Source: an uncultured Planctomycetia bacterium (GTDB taxonomy: Bacteria; Omnitrophota; Gorgyraeia; CAYWPX01). Taken from it: 64,000 nt of DNA. Positions 8,602 through 17,837 of this stretch are shown one piece after another. Positions within the stretch are counted from its first letter, which is position 1. Each line of letters starts with the position of its first letter. The notes below the pieces were generated by a model. It searched no databases, had not been told where the DNA came from, and worked only from the letters and a program-made list of their open reading frames with translations. The translations under genes were made by a program, and so were the position numbers. The stretch is taken from the NCBI GenBank assembly GCA_964460615.1, contig CAYWPX010000006.1:37830-101829 (forward strand), read 5' to 3'.

Positions 8602-10932
8602 CTACTCGTAGGAAATTGTCAAAACAAAAGTCTGAGAATCTTTTCCGAGATTTTTAGGAAAAGATGGAAATGGGGCAGCATTTTCAACATTCTGCCTAAC
8701 CAAGTTCCCGAGCTTACTATCGACCTCATTAAGTATTTTGGGCTCTCCCATCAGTTTTCCTTCGGGGTCAACTTTAAAATATACCTTAACATCCCCCTGC
8801 AAATTCTCTGTGGGAGAGTTGACCTTTGTATACCGCAAAACTTTATCCCTGACCACCTCATAATACCCATAACTTGAACCGCTCCTTAAAATATTTGATG
8901 GTTCACTTATAGGAATTTCTTTTGTAATAACTTTCGGGACTTCCTTAACTACCTCTTTAACTTTTACGACAGGTTTTTCCACAACTTTTTCTATTATCTG
9001 AGGTTTTGGCTCAGGGATCTTTATAACATGCTGTTTGGGTTTAAGCGGTTTTGGTATAAGATCGATCTCTTTTTCTTTTGTCGTTGAGGTTTTTGACATT
9101 TTTACTGTAGTTTCGACATTTGCAAGTGTAGCATTATACCTATCTCCGGTAATTATGTGAGGAGTAAGAAAGATCACTATCTCCTGTTGAGTAATAGTAT
9201 TATCAGTCTGCTGAAAAGCCCTGCCAATAAAAGGTATGTCGCCCAAAAACGGGATCTGTTTCTTTTGCTTATCATCAATATCCTTCATAAGCCCGCCTAT
9301 TACAATAGTAAGGCCGTCTTTGACCATAACGCTTGTCTCAACCTCTGATGTATTTACGATAGGTATTTTGACATTCGCTGTTGTGGTATAATTTGAGCTC
9401 GACGAACTGACTTCGGGCCTTATTTTCATAGTAATAAAATCTTCATTATTGATTGTAGGCGTGACATAGAGTTTGATGCCTACATCAACAAACGTTACGT
9501 TTGTCGCCGTTGTAGCCGTACCCGAAGCAGGCTGAACAACAGTATCAGTAGTATAGGGCTGCTTCGTACCAACAAGGATCTTAGCTTCCTGATTATTTAA
9601 GGCAACTATTCTCGGCCTTGACAGAGTCTTGGTTTTTCCGATAGACTGGAGTACTTGTATAAGCACCTGGTAGCCATCGCTTGTAAGAGTGCCCACCGCC
9701 AATTCTCCTATCGGCCCTGCTCCACCTGCAGCAGCATAACTAAAAAGACTGCTTAATGTAAGGCCATTATATTTTTTTAGGAGCTCCTGCCAATTGATAC
9801 CCATTTTCGTCTCGTCAGTCAAATTTACTTCCATTATTTCAGCATCTATCAATACTTCTTTATGTTTTTCATCAAATGCATTGATAACATTTTCGATCTC
9901 TTCTAACTTTTTTCTTGTATCAGTCACAACAATTTTATTAGTCCTCTCATCAACCTGCAAAATCCCCGAACCCTTGGTGATAAGATCGTTGATCTTTACC
10001 TTAAGATCCTCTGCCTTGGCATAGTCAAGGGAGAAGACCCTGGTTTCAGTCTCAGTGTCCAGCTTTGCCACCATGTCTTCCATTTCCATAACCTGAACCG
10101 GGTTGTCTATCAAAATTATGGTATTAGAAACATCATCGGTAATAATTTTGCCTATCCTTGACTTCATCTGATTGAGAAATTTTGCTACCTCACTTGCTTT
10201 GGCATATTGAAGCTTAATTATCCTGATCTTGGTTTTGTCATTGAATTTTTCACCATAAATCAGTTCATAATCACGCTCAGTCATAACATTTATTATGTCG
10301 CCTCTCTTATCAAAAGCCAATTCATTTGAGGCAAGAATAATCTCAAAAGCATCCCATAAATCAACATCATTCAAAAATATAGTTACTTTCCCTCTTACGT
10401 TTTTCCCTACCACTATATTCAGACTGCTTCTTGATGCAAGCATCTTTAAAACATCGACTACATCCACCCCCTTGAGATCCAAAGAAATCGTCCCATCATT
10501 TGTTTCCCTCAATTCTTTATTACTTTTAGCGGGAGGTTGGGATACGCTCGCCTTAGAGCCTGTTTGAGCACCTTTAGTGACGGTTTTTTCCGGGGTTTCT
10601 TTTGCTACAGGCTTATAAGCCGTAACAGCCGGGGTTACATTCGTGCTTGAAGGGGGCTCTTCCTCATACACTTCAGAGGTAATGGCTTCGGCAGGAGGTT
10701 CTTCCGTATTTATGATTTCGGGGCTTCCTGCCTCATCCGGCAAAGCACCTTCAGGGATCTGTCTTTGCCCAAAACCAGGCGGCATATTCGGCATCACAAA
10801 AGGAGGCATGATCATATTAGGAGAGCTTGGGATTGCCGGGCCTTCATTTAGAGTCTCTTGACAAAAAACACCCATCTCGCTAAATAAAAAAATAAAACAT
10901 AAGATAAAACTCAAAATTTTATTGGCCATCAA
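8602..10932 (-). CDS. gspD: Secretin (GspD/PilQ family) with a C-terminal TonB-like module
   Basis: Signal peptide followed by a ~120-aa Pro-rich low-complexity region. N0/STN-like domain (ISLDLKGVDVVDVLKMLAS...) and repeated secretin_N domains. Secretin C-domain (IPFLGDIPFIGRAFQQTDNTITQQEIVIFLTPHII). Then a K/P/V/E-rich rod (KPLKPKQHVIKIPEPKPQIIEKVVEKPVVKVKEV...) and a terminal domain matching TonB_C (GDVKVYFKVDPEGKLMGEPKILNE...NVENAAPFPSFP...TFVLTISYE). Confidence 0.85.
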   Translation of the reverse strand: MMANKILSFILCFIFLFSEMGVFCQETLNEGPAIPSSPNMIMPPFVMPNMPPGFGQRQIPEGALPDEAGSPEIINTEEPPAEAITSEVYEEEPPSSTNVTPAVTAYKPVAKETPEKTVTKGAQTGSKASVSQPPAKSNKELRETNDGTISLDLKGVDVVDVLKMLASRSSLNIVVGKNVRGKVTIFLNDVDLWDAFEIILASNELAFDKRGDIINVMTERDYELIYGEKFNDKTKIRIIKLQYAKASEVAKFLNQMKSRIGKIITDDVSNTIILIDNPVQVMEMEDMVAKLDTETETRVFSLDYAKAEDLKVKINDLITKGSGILQVDERTNKIVVTDTRKKLEEIENVINAFDEKHKEVLIDAEIMEVNLTDETKMGINWQELLKKYNGLTLSSLFSYAAAGGAGPIGELAVGTLTSDGYQVLIQVLQSIGKTKTLSRPRIVALNNQEAKILVGTKQPYTTDTVVQPASGTATTATNVTFVDVGIKLYVTPTINNEDFITMKIRPEVSSSSSNYTTTANVKIPIVNTSEVETSVMVKDGLTIVIGGLMKDIDDKQKKQIPFLGDIPFIGRAFQQTDNTITQQEIVIFLTPHIITGDRYNATLANVETTVKMSKTSTTKEKEIDLIPKPLKPKQHVIKIPEPKPQIIEKVVEKPVVKVKEVVKEVPKVITKEIPISEPSNILRSGSSYGYYEVVRDKVLRYTKVNSPTENLQGDVKVYFKVDPEGKLMGEPKILNEVDSKLGNLVRQNVENAAPFPSFPKNLGKDSQTFVLTISYE

Positions 10933-10960
10933 AATCCTCCGTTAAAATTATTTTACGAAA

Positions 10961-11644
10961 TTAAAGTACCAACTCGTACTGTTTACCATTAATATCTATG
11001 ATTACCTTGTTTTCAAAAATATCCGATATCGTCGCTTCGCCTATAGCATCGCCCTTATTCAAAAAATAACTTTTTTGGCCTTTTTTATCTTCAATAATCG
11101 CCTGAGGATTATCGCCTTTTACTATCCCCATAAGGCTAAGATTAGAGATTATTTCTTTAGCTATCTTCTCTTCGTCAATTTTTGGCTTTTCGACTTCTTC
11201 CGATTGTCCGCTTCCTGCTCTAAACAAATCTTTTGCATCAAGATTGTCAGAATAGTAAGAAAAAGGTTTTTCATCCCCCTGATTGGTTTGTTCGGTTTTT
11301 GGTATAGAACCCTCATTAACACTTACAAGCTCCAAGTCTTTAGTAAAAAGCGGCGTCTCTTCAGGAGACGACAACTCATAAATAACATAGCCTCCTATTG
11401 ACAGGAGAACAATAGCCAACACGATATTAAGATATTTTAATTCGCTTATTTTAGAAAGCCATTTTCTTTCGACATTGGACAACTTCTTCTGAAATACGCT
11501 TGCAGTATTAGAAGAGGCTTGAGGATTTTCAAATCTGCCAAAATAAGGATCATGCTTTTCAGTCGGAGACAGATTATCGCTTTCGCTCTTTTTAGCCCTG
11601 ATAACATTAAGAAGTTTTTCTTCCGGAGAGACGTCTTTTTTCAT
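10961..11644 (-). CDS. GspC/PilP-like secretin-interacting protein: cytoplasmic N-terminus, single TM helix, periplasmic HR-type beta domain
   Basis: TM helix LNIVLAIVLLSIGGYVIYEL. The C-terminus LSLMGIVKGDNPQAIIEDKKGQKSYFLNKGDAIGEATISDIFENKVIIDINGKQYELVL fits the PilP/GspC-HR pattern. It lies between the ExeA-like ATPase gene and the secretin gene. Confidence 0.45.
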   Translation of the reverse strand: MKKDVSPEEKLLNVIRAKKSESDNLSPTEKHDPYFGRFENPQASSNTASVFQKKLSNVERKWLSKISELKYLNIVLAIVLLSIGGYVIYELSSPEETPLFTKDLELVSVNEGSIPKTEQTNQGDEKPFSYYSDNLDAKDLFRAGSGQSEEVEKPKIDEEKIAKEIISNLSLMGIVKGDNPQAIIEDKKGQKSYFLNKGDAIGEATISDIFENKVIIDINGKQYELVL

Positions 11645-12462
11645 TTATATGCTACCTCATCGCTAGTAATCTCGTTAATAATTTCATCGTCAACAACTCT
11701 GCGATCATTCATAACAAGAAATTCTAAAGCATTGTGGCACATTATTGAAATGCGCCTTGGATACCCTAGGGTACTTTCGTGAATCAGTTTAATAGCACCG
11801 CCCGTAAATAAAGGCGTATTGCCCATATAACCGGCCTCTTTGAGACGGAATTCGATCATATTTCTGGTCTCGTTTTCATCTAAAGGGTTGATGATATATT
11901 TAAGTGTAACCCTATCCATGAAATTTTTTATTCTTCTTATTCTTGGCAAAAATTCCATCTGCGCGAAGATAACAAGCTGCAGAAGTTTATATTCATTAGT
12001 CTCATAATTTAGAAGCGTTCTTAATATCTCCAAAAATGTAGGACTAAGCTTTTGGCCTTCATCAATAAGAAGAACTATTGTCTTATTTTCTTCAACACCT
12101 TTTTGGAAAAGATATTTTTCTATCGACTCCTTATAATCAAGAGTAGAGCGAAAAAGCGGCTTAGCGCCAAACATCTTAGTAAGGCTGGATAAAAACTGGA
12201 ATTCGGATTTATAGGTTGGATCGAGGATCATATGAAAAATATAATTATCTTCGTTATTGAAAGACTGGAGAAGCGTTCTACCTAGGGTTGTCTTGCCGGT
12301 ACCAACATCGCCAAGAATAAGGCTAAGCCCTCTTCTTAATCTGATCCCTATCTCAAGCCTGTGAAGAGCTGTTTCATGAGCGCTTGACCTATAAAAAAAA
12401 GCAGGATCAGGGCTTGAAGAAAACGGCTCTTTCTTTAGGTTAAGCATTTCAAAATAACTCAT
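11641..12462 (-). CDS. ExeA/GspA/MshM-family AAA ATPase (short form without a periplasmic domain)
   Basis: Walker A GDVGTGKTTLGRTLLQSF and Walker B VLLIDEGQKL. The 273-aa length matches the short MshM-like members of the ExeA family. 4-nt overlap with the downstream gene. Confidence 0.7.
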   Translation of the reverse strand: MSYFEMLNLKKEPFSSSPDPAFFYRSSAHETALHRLEIGIRLRRGLSLILGDVGTGKTTLGRTLLQSFNNEDNYIFHMILDPTYKSEFQFLSSLTKMFGAKPLFRSTLDYKESIEKYLFQKGVEENKTIVLLIDEGQKLSPTFLEILRTLLNYETNEYKLLQLVIFAQMEFLPRIRRIKNFMDRVTLKYIINPLDENETRNMIEFRLKEAGYMGNTPLFTGGAIKLIHESTLGYPRRISIMCHNALEFLVMNDRRVVDDEIINEITSDEVAYK

Positions 12463-12507
12463 AAAACTCCTTGTACCTGTCAGTTTATTTCTAAATCAGA
12501 ACATTCT

Positions 12508-12753
12508 CTATAATAAATTAAGCTCCTCTTTAATAGCCGCGAGAGAATGGCCATGGATCCTTAAATCTCTTATAGTTTTTAGATTGTTAAGAGTAGAATT
12601 ATCAAAATACCTAAAATTACTGCGCGGGGTTTTTCCTATCTCTCTTATAAGGCCCAGTTTTAGATAGTACTTTATCGTATAAACTGATAAACCTGATAAA
12701 TATGCTAAATCTTTGATCAAATATATTTGATTGGTACTCAAATTACTCTCCAT
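12508..12753 (-). CDS. Mini MerR-family HTH transcriptional regulator (DNA-binding domain only, 81 aa)
   Basis: IYLIKDLAYLSGLSVYTIKYYLKLGLIREIGKTPRSNFRYFDNSTLNNLKTIRDLRIHGHSLAAIKEEL matches the MerR N-terminal wHTH plus the start of the dimerization helix. No effector domain. A nested three-half-site palindrome abuts the start codon. Confidence 0.65.
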   Translation of the reverse strand: MESNLSTNQIYLIKDLAYLSGLSVYTIKYYLKLGLIREIGKTPRSNFRYFDNSTLNNLKTIRDLRIHGHSLAAIKEELNLL

Positions 12754-12789
12754 ATAGAGAGTGTTTATATACTCTCTATGTAGAGAGTA
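12754..12789. promoter_or_regulatory. Nested three-half-site palindrome abutting the mini-MerR start codon (candidate operator or 5'-UTR switch)
   Basis: + strand ATAGAGAGT-gtttatat-ACTCTCTAT-g-TAGAGAGTA. Arms 1/2 and 2/3 are each perfect 8-9-bp inverted repeats. A minus-strand TTGAAA-N17-TATACT promoter lies immediately upstream (overlapping arm 3 on the minus strand). Confidence 0.55.
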
Positions 12790-12832
12790 TATATTAAATT
12801 ATGCTATTTTTCAAGTGTTTTGATAAAATTCA

Positions 12833-13366
12833 TTATTTTATTAAAATTTTTGTCAAGTATAGAGTGCTTTTTAGCGTTCCAGCCTCTGCAACTTTGGCGG
12901 ATAAGCTCAATCTCTTTACCTTGATAAGCTTCTTTAAAGACTGCAGGTCATATATAAATTTTATTAATTCATTTATTCCGGACTCAGAACTGACTTCAAA
13001 AATAATCTCTTTGTAAGAAGGAGTATCTATTGAAGGCGAAGGTTTGATATTAATGATAGAAAAAGAATTGTTTTTTGCTACAGTCTCTATGTCAGCCAGA
13101 ACATTTGCCGCCTCCTCTTCCTCGCTCATACCGGATTTAATTGAAGAAAGGAATTTCTTGTACTCTTTTTCAATAGTATCTTTTTTGGAAAGCAGTTTGA
13201 TGTCCTTTTTTAATTTTATGGACTTTGACGTGATCTCTTTATCAAGATTCATCCATCTTTTGATCACTCTTTCGACAACCTGGGTATACAAAAGAAAGAT
13301 AGCCACAAACAAAATAGTCAGTACGGTTATTGTTTTTTCCCTTTTTGTTAAATTTGCAAAAACCAT
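12833..13366 (-). CDS. GspM/PilO-like bitopic inner-membrane assembly protein
   Basis: 177 aa with an N-terminal TM helix (ITVLTILFVAIFLLYTQVV) followed by a coiled-coil/periplasmic domain. Positioned directly downstream of the GspL-like gene, as gspM would be. Confidence 0.45.
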   Translation of the reverse strand: MVFANLTKREKTITVLTILFVAIFLLYTQVVERVIKRWMNLDKEITSKSIKLKKDIKLLSKKDTIEKEYKKFLSSIKSGMSEEEEAANVLADIETVAKNNSFSIINIKPSPSIDTPSYKEIIFEVSSESGINELIKFIYDLQSLKKLIKVKRLSLSAKVAEAGTLKSTLYLTKILIK

Positions 13367-13368
13367 AT

Positions 13369-14793
13369 TTACTCCGAATGATTTATAATAGTCAAAGGAC
13401 CGTTGATCTCAAAATCTGTCATATCCCGGCCTCTTATCCGTCTATTTGTTACATACTTAAGCTTAACTGATTCAAAATAATCGGAACTCTCAAGGCTCGT
13501 AACAAGCCTGAGAACGTCTGAAAGCGTAGAAGCATTCCCTTTTAACACTACTGATTTGCCTTCCTCATAATTAAGCGCCGTAAGATATATCCCTGCCGGC
13601 ATTATCTTGTAGACCTCTCTTATGATATCTATGCTGGACCCCCGAAGGTTCAGCTGATTTTTGACAATACTGAGATTTTTTGAAATCTTATCCAGCTTTG
13701 TGACTTCAGGTTCAAGAGATTTAATGCGGCTTTCGATGCCATTTAAAACCTCTGACTTCTCCCTTATCTTAAAATAAATTACCGACGAAAAACTGATTAT
13801 TGTCGCTAAAAGCAGGCTGGCGAATATAATAAAATTTCTTCTTAGCGAATGCATCTGCCTCCCGAATAAAATATCTTTTGGGAGAAAATTCAGGGTAAGC
13901 GCATTAGGATTAAACAAACATCCCATGATCGCATTGAACGACACCCCTTGAGCACTCTCGATATCTTTTGTTATTTCAACAGATAGGGAAAGATTTTCAA
14001 ACTGCGATACTTTTTTAACATCTATATCTATGCCTTTTTTGATGGCATCTATAATCGCCTCTAGGTCCTCTTCCTGGCCTGTGACAATAATTGACCCAAC
14101 TTTGGACTCTTTTTCGCTAGAATAAGTAGTGAATGTGAGGCGAACTTCGTCAACAAACTTATCGAGATTGTCTAATTTATAAGAGAAGCTTCTTGAAAAC
14201 TCAAAATTATTCTCTCCGACAATAATAATTTCGGCATTTGCACTATCCAAATCTATAACTGCGTAAGGCATCTTCATTGCGGATGTATCATACAATAAAA
14301 ATCTTGACCAAAGCGAATCCGTACTTATTGTAACCACATCTACATCCAGACCATTTTGATAGAAAAGATCTAATCTTTTTTTAATAACGTCCTGATGCGC
14401 TATGGCAAAAAAGACGCTTGAAAATCCATCCGAAAATTTCTCAATAATTTTAAAATCAGTTACTATCTCTTCTTTTGCATAGGGTATCTGCCTGGTAGCC
14501 TGAAGCTCCAGGATATTCCTTATCTCCAATTCCTCAAAAGACGGTATCTTCATGTTCCTTACGGTAAAATATCTTCGCGATATGCATAAAATTATCTGAG
14601 GTTTAGATTTTTTATAATGGTTTACAATATCTTTTAATGCTTTATAACCATCTCTTGGATCATTTGGGTTAAACTCTTTTTTACCAAGCTTAATAAGAAG
14701 GTTTTTATCATTCTTGTAGCTTAAGATAGCATATTTTATATAGCCATCTTCTATCTCAAAAGCCAAAATATATTTTTCTTTAATAAATAACAT
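13369..14793 (-). CDS. gspL: GspL-like protein (fused PilM-like cytoplasmic actin-fold domain, TM helix, PilN-like periplasmic domain)
   Basis: 474 aa. The cytoplasmic ~300 aa resemble PilM/GspL-cyto. Then a TM helix FIIFASLLLATIISFSSVIYF and a ~150-aa periplasmic domain. Position follows gspK. Confidence 0.6.
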   Translation of the reverse strand: MLFIKEKYILAFEIEDGYIKYAILSYKNDKNLLIKLGKKEFNPNDPRDGYKALKDIVNHYKKSKPQIILCISRRYFTVRNMKIPSFEELEIRNILELQATRQIPYAKEEIVTDFKIIEKFSDGFSSVFFAIAHQDVIKKRLDLFYQNGLDVDVVTISTDSLWSRFLLYDTSAMKMPYAVIDLDSANAEIIIVGENNFEFSRSFSYKLDNLDKFVDEVRLTFTTYSSEKESKVGSIIVTGQEEDLEAIIDAIKKGIDIDVKKVSQFENLSLSVEITKDIESAQGVSFNAIMGCLFNPNALTLNFLPKDILFGRQMHSLRRNFIIFASLLLATIISFSSVIYFKIREKSEVLNGIESRIKSLEPEVTKLDKISKNLSIVKNQLNLRGSSIDIIREVYKIMPAGIYLTALNYEEGKSVVLKGNASTLSDVLRLVTSLESSDYFESVKLKYVTNRRIRGRDMTDFEINGPLTIINHSE

Positions 14794-14817
14794 TAAGATT
14801 TGCCTTTATAATGATCT

Positions 14818-15834
14818 TTATTCTTCATGATAATAAAGATAGCTTAAGTTTGGGTCATCTTTTTTTACTACTATATCAACAATTCTTTTGACGCGGCTGT
14901 TTGCTACCAAACCAAGGACCCGTACCCTAAAAAAACTTGATTTAACCTTAAAATTAACCGACGCCTTATCATAGACTGTTTGATACGCTAATTCAAGATT
15001 TAAATCATTAACTACATCTATAGAGGTGCTATAAAAAACATGGTTAGATATATTTCCATCTTCAAAATTATTTCTTCTATAACTTATCATAGCATCTGCC
15101 AAAGTTTTTGCTATTGCTTCATTTGGCTCGGTGCTTTGTATCACTAGTTTTAATACTTCTCCTGAAACAGTGTTAATATTTACCTTTGAATCATCCCCAA
15201 AAACAGTTATATAGTCCTTAATTTTAGAATAGATCTCGGGGGTTACCCCTTTCACTAATATTAGCTCCTCAATAGCATCAAACTCTTTATGTTTTTCTTT
15301 ATATTTCAACTCTTCATAATAAGGGTCATCAGGAATCCCTGCAGTCCTCCAATTTATTACAGATGGAGCTATTTCAGGATTATCCAAAAAAAGAACCTTA
15401 AGCTGTTCCAATGAAGCCTTATTAATATTTATCTTACTATCCTCATCAGAAGCACCGTAAAGATAAATATCTTTACCGGCCTCATCTTTCCCGACTGAAT
15501 GAAGCGCCGTATAAGTCCCAATAACATTATTAGACTCATCCATCAGGCTAACATCTTTAAAAATAGATGTCTCATGCAGCGCATCAATACCATTGCTCCA
15601 AATCTCATTAAGCGAATCATAATCATTTGTATCCGCCTTAAGAACAGCAAGCCATTGGTTTACGCCACCTCTTGCCAAATATATGGCTTTTTGCTTATTT
15701 ATACTAAACTTCGACATCTTCAGTTCTAATGACAATCTAAATCCGATCCCGATAGCAAGCATAACTAAAATTGCCAGGACCCACAAACAAACTACTAAAA
15801 TTGTACCTCTATTATTGACTGAATTAAACCGCAT
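14818..15834 (-). CDS. gspK: Minor pseudopilin GspK-like
   Basis: N-terminal hydrophobic segment GTILVVCLWVLAILVMLAIGIGFRL, a large periplasmic domain and a helix-hairpin-helix-like stretch (ASLEQLKVLFLDNPEIAPSVINWRTAG) typical of GspK. Last gene of a G-H-I-J-K pseudopilin series. Confidence 0.65.
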   Translation of the reverse strand: MRFNSVNNRGTILVVCLWVLAILVMLAIGIGFRLSLELKMSKFSINKQKAIYLARGGVNQWLAVLKADTNDYDSLNEIWSNGIDALHETSIFKDVSLMDESNNVIGTYTALHSVGKDEAGKDIYLYGASDEDSKININKASLEQLKVLFLDNPEIAPSVINWRTAGIPDDPYYEELKYKEKHKEFDAIEELILVKGVTPEIYSKIKDYITVFGDDSKVNINTVSGEVLKLVIQSTEPNEAIAKTLADAMISYRRNNFEDGNISNHVFYSTSIDVVNDLNLELAYQTVYDKASVNFKVKSSFFRVRVLGLVANSRVKRIVDIVVKKDDPNLSYLYYHEE

Positions 15835-15840
15835 GGTATT

Positions 15841-16470
15841 TTATGTTTTTTCCCCTAATGTACCCGATGGGATGAAAATCATTTTTGTATAAACCTCTTC
15901 GCTTGCCTTATTATCTGGATTTTTAATTTTAAAAAAAACTTTAATCCCTCTTGGTACTATTTTTGAATTTTCCCATACACCAAGCCACTCGTAAGGATTA
16001 GCTTCATCTTTGGTATCATATGCATAAGAAAAGCTTACATCAGAAATATTTGATATGACTATCTCGCCCTTGGACTTATCAATCTCAAACCCTGCCAACT
16101 GGTCAGCCTGAGCTCTTTTAAAGCTTAATATCCCGCCCTTTTCCTCGTTAATAAAATAAGAGACAACACAAAGTTTTCTTCCGCCTTCCTGATTTAAAAG
16201 AGTCAAAAATCTTATTTCTTTTTCCAAGCCGTTAAAACCGAGAAGCGGGTCATCCTGGCTGTAGTTTATGGCATTTTTTAGCTCAACAGCCAAATCCTCC
16301 AAAGCCAATCTTAGGTCCTGGTTGAAGGCAATAGAATTTTCTCCCTGCCTCCAAACCCTGATACCGGTGCCAAATGCCGAATAGATTGAGATCGCTATAA
16401 TAGAAAATATAGTTATAGCTATCATTAATTCAACGAATGTAAAACCTTTGTTAGCAATGTGTTTTTTCAT
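15841..16470 (-). CDS. gspJ: Minor pseudopilin GspJ-like (prepilin-type N-terminus)
   Basis: MKKHIANKG|FTFVELMIAITIFSIIAISIYSAF prepilin leader with a GFTxxE processing site. Confidence 0.6.
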   Translation of the reverse strand: MKKHIANKGFTFVELMIAITIFSIIAISIYSAFGTGIRVWRQGENSIAFNQDLRLALEDLAVELKNAINYSQDDPLLGFNGLEKEIRFLTLLNQEGGRKLCVVSYFINEEKGGILSFKRAQADQLAGFEIDKSKGEIVISNISDVSFSYAYDTKDEANPYEWLGVWENSKIVPRGIKVFFKIKNPDNKASEEVYTKMIFIPSGTLGEKT

Positions 16471-16878
16471 CTAAGGTTCGGTCTTTTCTTTTAAGAATGT
16501 TGCATAAGCAAGGTTTCCCTCAGAGTCGCCGCTTTTCCAGGAAATTTTTGGGATAACTTTATATATCTTATATGTTGATGCCGTTTCCGGATCCGGTATC
16601 GTAGAAACAACAGTCCACTTATATAAATCATCCTGAGGGAATGTCCCATCAAAACTGCCGGCGGTTATCCCCTTGTCATTATAAGGCCACATCGCCTCCT
16701 CCATAAATAACGTAGCTTTGAAATATTCCCTGGAAACTTTAAAGGCTTTTATTGAAGTGGAAAATGACCTGAATACAAAAACGATCCCTATCGATATCAC
16801 AAGGATGCTTACCAAAACCTCCAGCAAAAGAAAGCCGTGATTATTTGATCTCAGGATCTTCTTTTGAAATATTGACAT
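16471..16878 (-). CDS. gspI: Minor pseudopilin GspI-like
   Basis: Leader ...NNHG|FLLLEVLVSILVISIGIVFVF with a class III signal-peptide motif. 135 aa, typical for GspI. Confidence 0.6.
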   Translation of the reverse strand: MSIFQKKILRSNNHGFLLLEVLVSILVISIGIVFVFRSFSTSIKAFKVSREYFKATLFMEEAMWPYNDKGITAGSFDGTFPQDDLYKWTVVSTIPDPETASTYKIYKVIPKISWKSGDSEGNLAYATFLKEKTEP

Positions 16879-17356
16879 AACCCGCCTTTAAACTTGTACT
16901 TAAATATAAACTCTCATCTTTGGACGATAATTTTATACTGATCTTATCAGATCTACCATCGGGATAAAAATTAGCTAAATTTTTCTCTCCTTCAATTTCC
17001 ATAGAATCCGGAATCTTAAAAACCGCACCGAATCTGTCATTTTTAAAAGCCTTGAATTCCGAGCCCTGAAGATCCTGAGCGGTAAGCCAATATGTCTTTT
17101 TTGTAAAATCAAAATTTATCCTCAAAGAGTTGCTTTCCACTATCGCACGCTCCTGAGCAAACCGAATAAGTTTTGAAATATTCAAAGCGCAGTTATTGAG
17201 CTCTAAACTCCTATACGTCCTACCGAAAAGCGGTATAGACCCGGCTATTATTATCAAAATTATAACGGTAATAATAGCTAGCTCTATAAGAGTAAACCCC
17301 GTTATCTTTTTTTTACTGATTTTCAGCAGAGTCTTTCTCCCAATTCGTGACATCAT
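16841..17356 (-). CDS. gspH: Minor pseudopilin GspH-like (start moved to an internal Met)
   Basis: The ORF-track start at 17464 would overlap gspG by ~150 nt. The sequence from MSRIGRKTLLKISKKKITG|FTLIELAIITVIILIIIAG gives a prepilin leader plus hydrophobic helix. The exact start is uncertain. Confidence 0.5.
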   Translation of the reverse strand: MMSRIGRKTLLKISKKKITGFTLIELAIITVIILIIIAGSIPLFGRTYRSLELNNCALNISKLIRFAQERAIVESNSLRINFDFTKKTYWLTAQDLQGSEFKAFKNDRFGAVFKIPDSMEIEGEKNLANFYPDGRSDKISIKLSSKDESLYLSTSLKAGYVNISKEDPEIK

Positions 17357-17750
17357 CTCCGCCGCCACCGTCATCTTTACCATCGGGCCCGAATGAATAG
17401 AGATCATAATCGACACCATGTGTTGAGGGAACGGCATATTTATACTGATTACCCCAGGGGTCAAGAGGTTCTTTTTTCAGGTAAGGTCCTTTCCAATTTT
17501 TGTATTTTGTTGAATCAGGATTCTGTCTTAAGGCCTTAAGCGCCTGCTCTGATGTAGGGTACGAACCGCAATCAAGCTCAAACAGATCCAACGCTAAGGC
17601 AATATTTGATTTTATGTCGGCTTCGCATGCAGCAACTCTGGCTTGTTCGCTCCTGCCTGCAAGCCTAGGCACAACCATAGCAACAAGGATCCCTATTATT
17701 ATTACTACAAGCATTAATTCAACAAGCGTAAATCCTTTTTTGTTTTTCAT
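17313..17750 (-). CDS. gspG: Major pseudopilin GspG
   Basis: MKNKKG|FTLVELMLVVIIIGILVAMVVP...SYPTSEQALKAL...LDPWGNQYKY...YDLYSFGPDGKDDGGGGDDVTNW closely matches the GspG consensus, including the Ca-binding loop. Confidence 0.9.
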   Translation of the reverse strand: MKNKKGFTLVELMLVVIIIGILVAMVVPRLAGRSEQARVAACEADIKSNIALALDLFELDCGSYPTSEQALKALRQNPDSTKYKNWKGPYLKKEPLDPWGNQYKYAVPSTHGVDYDLYSFGPDGKDDGGGGDDVTNWEKDSAENQ

Positions 17751-17837
17751 TTTTATTTTACTCCTTTGAAATCAGTTTTTTAAAATTTTTATTTTTGTTT
17801 CTTACTCATAACTATAAACTAATAACTCCTAACTTAC

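Noticed and set aside
16841-17464. Full-length ORF-track GspH-like ORF overlapping gspG by ~150 nt
   Set aside because: The overlap is implausible. The N-terminal 36 codons are antisense-compatible read-through. The start was moved to an internal Met that gives a proper prepilin leader.
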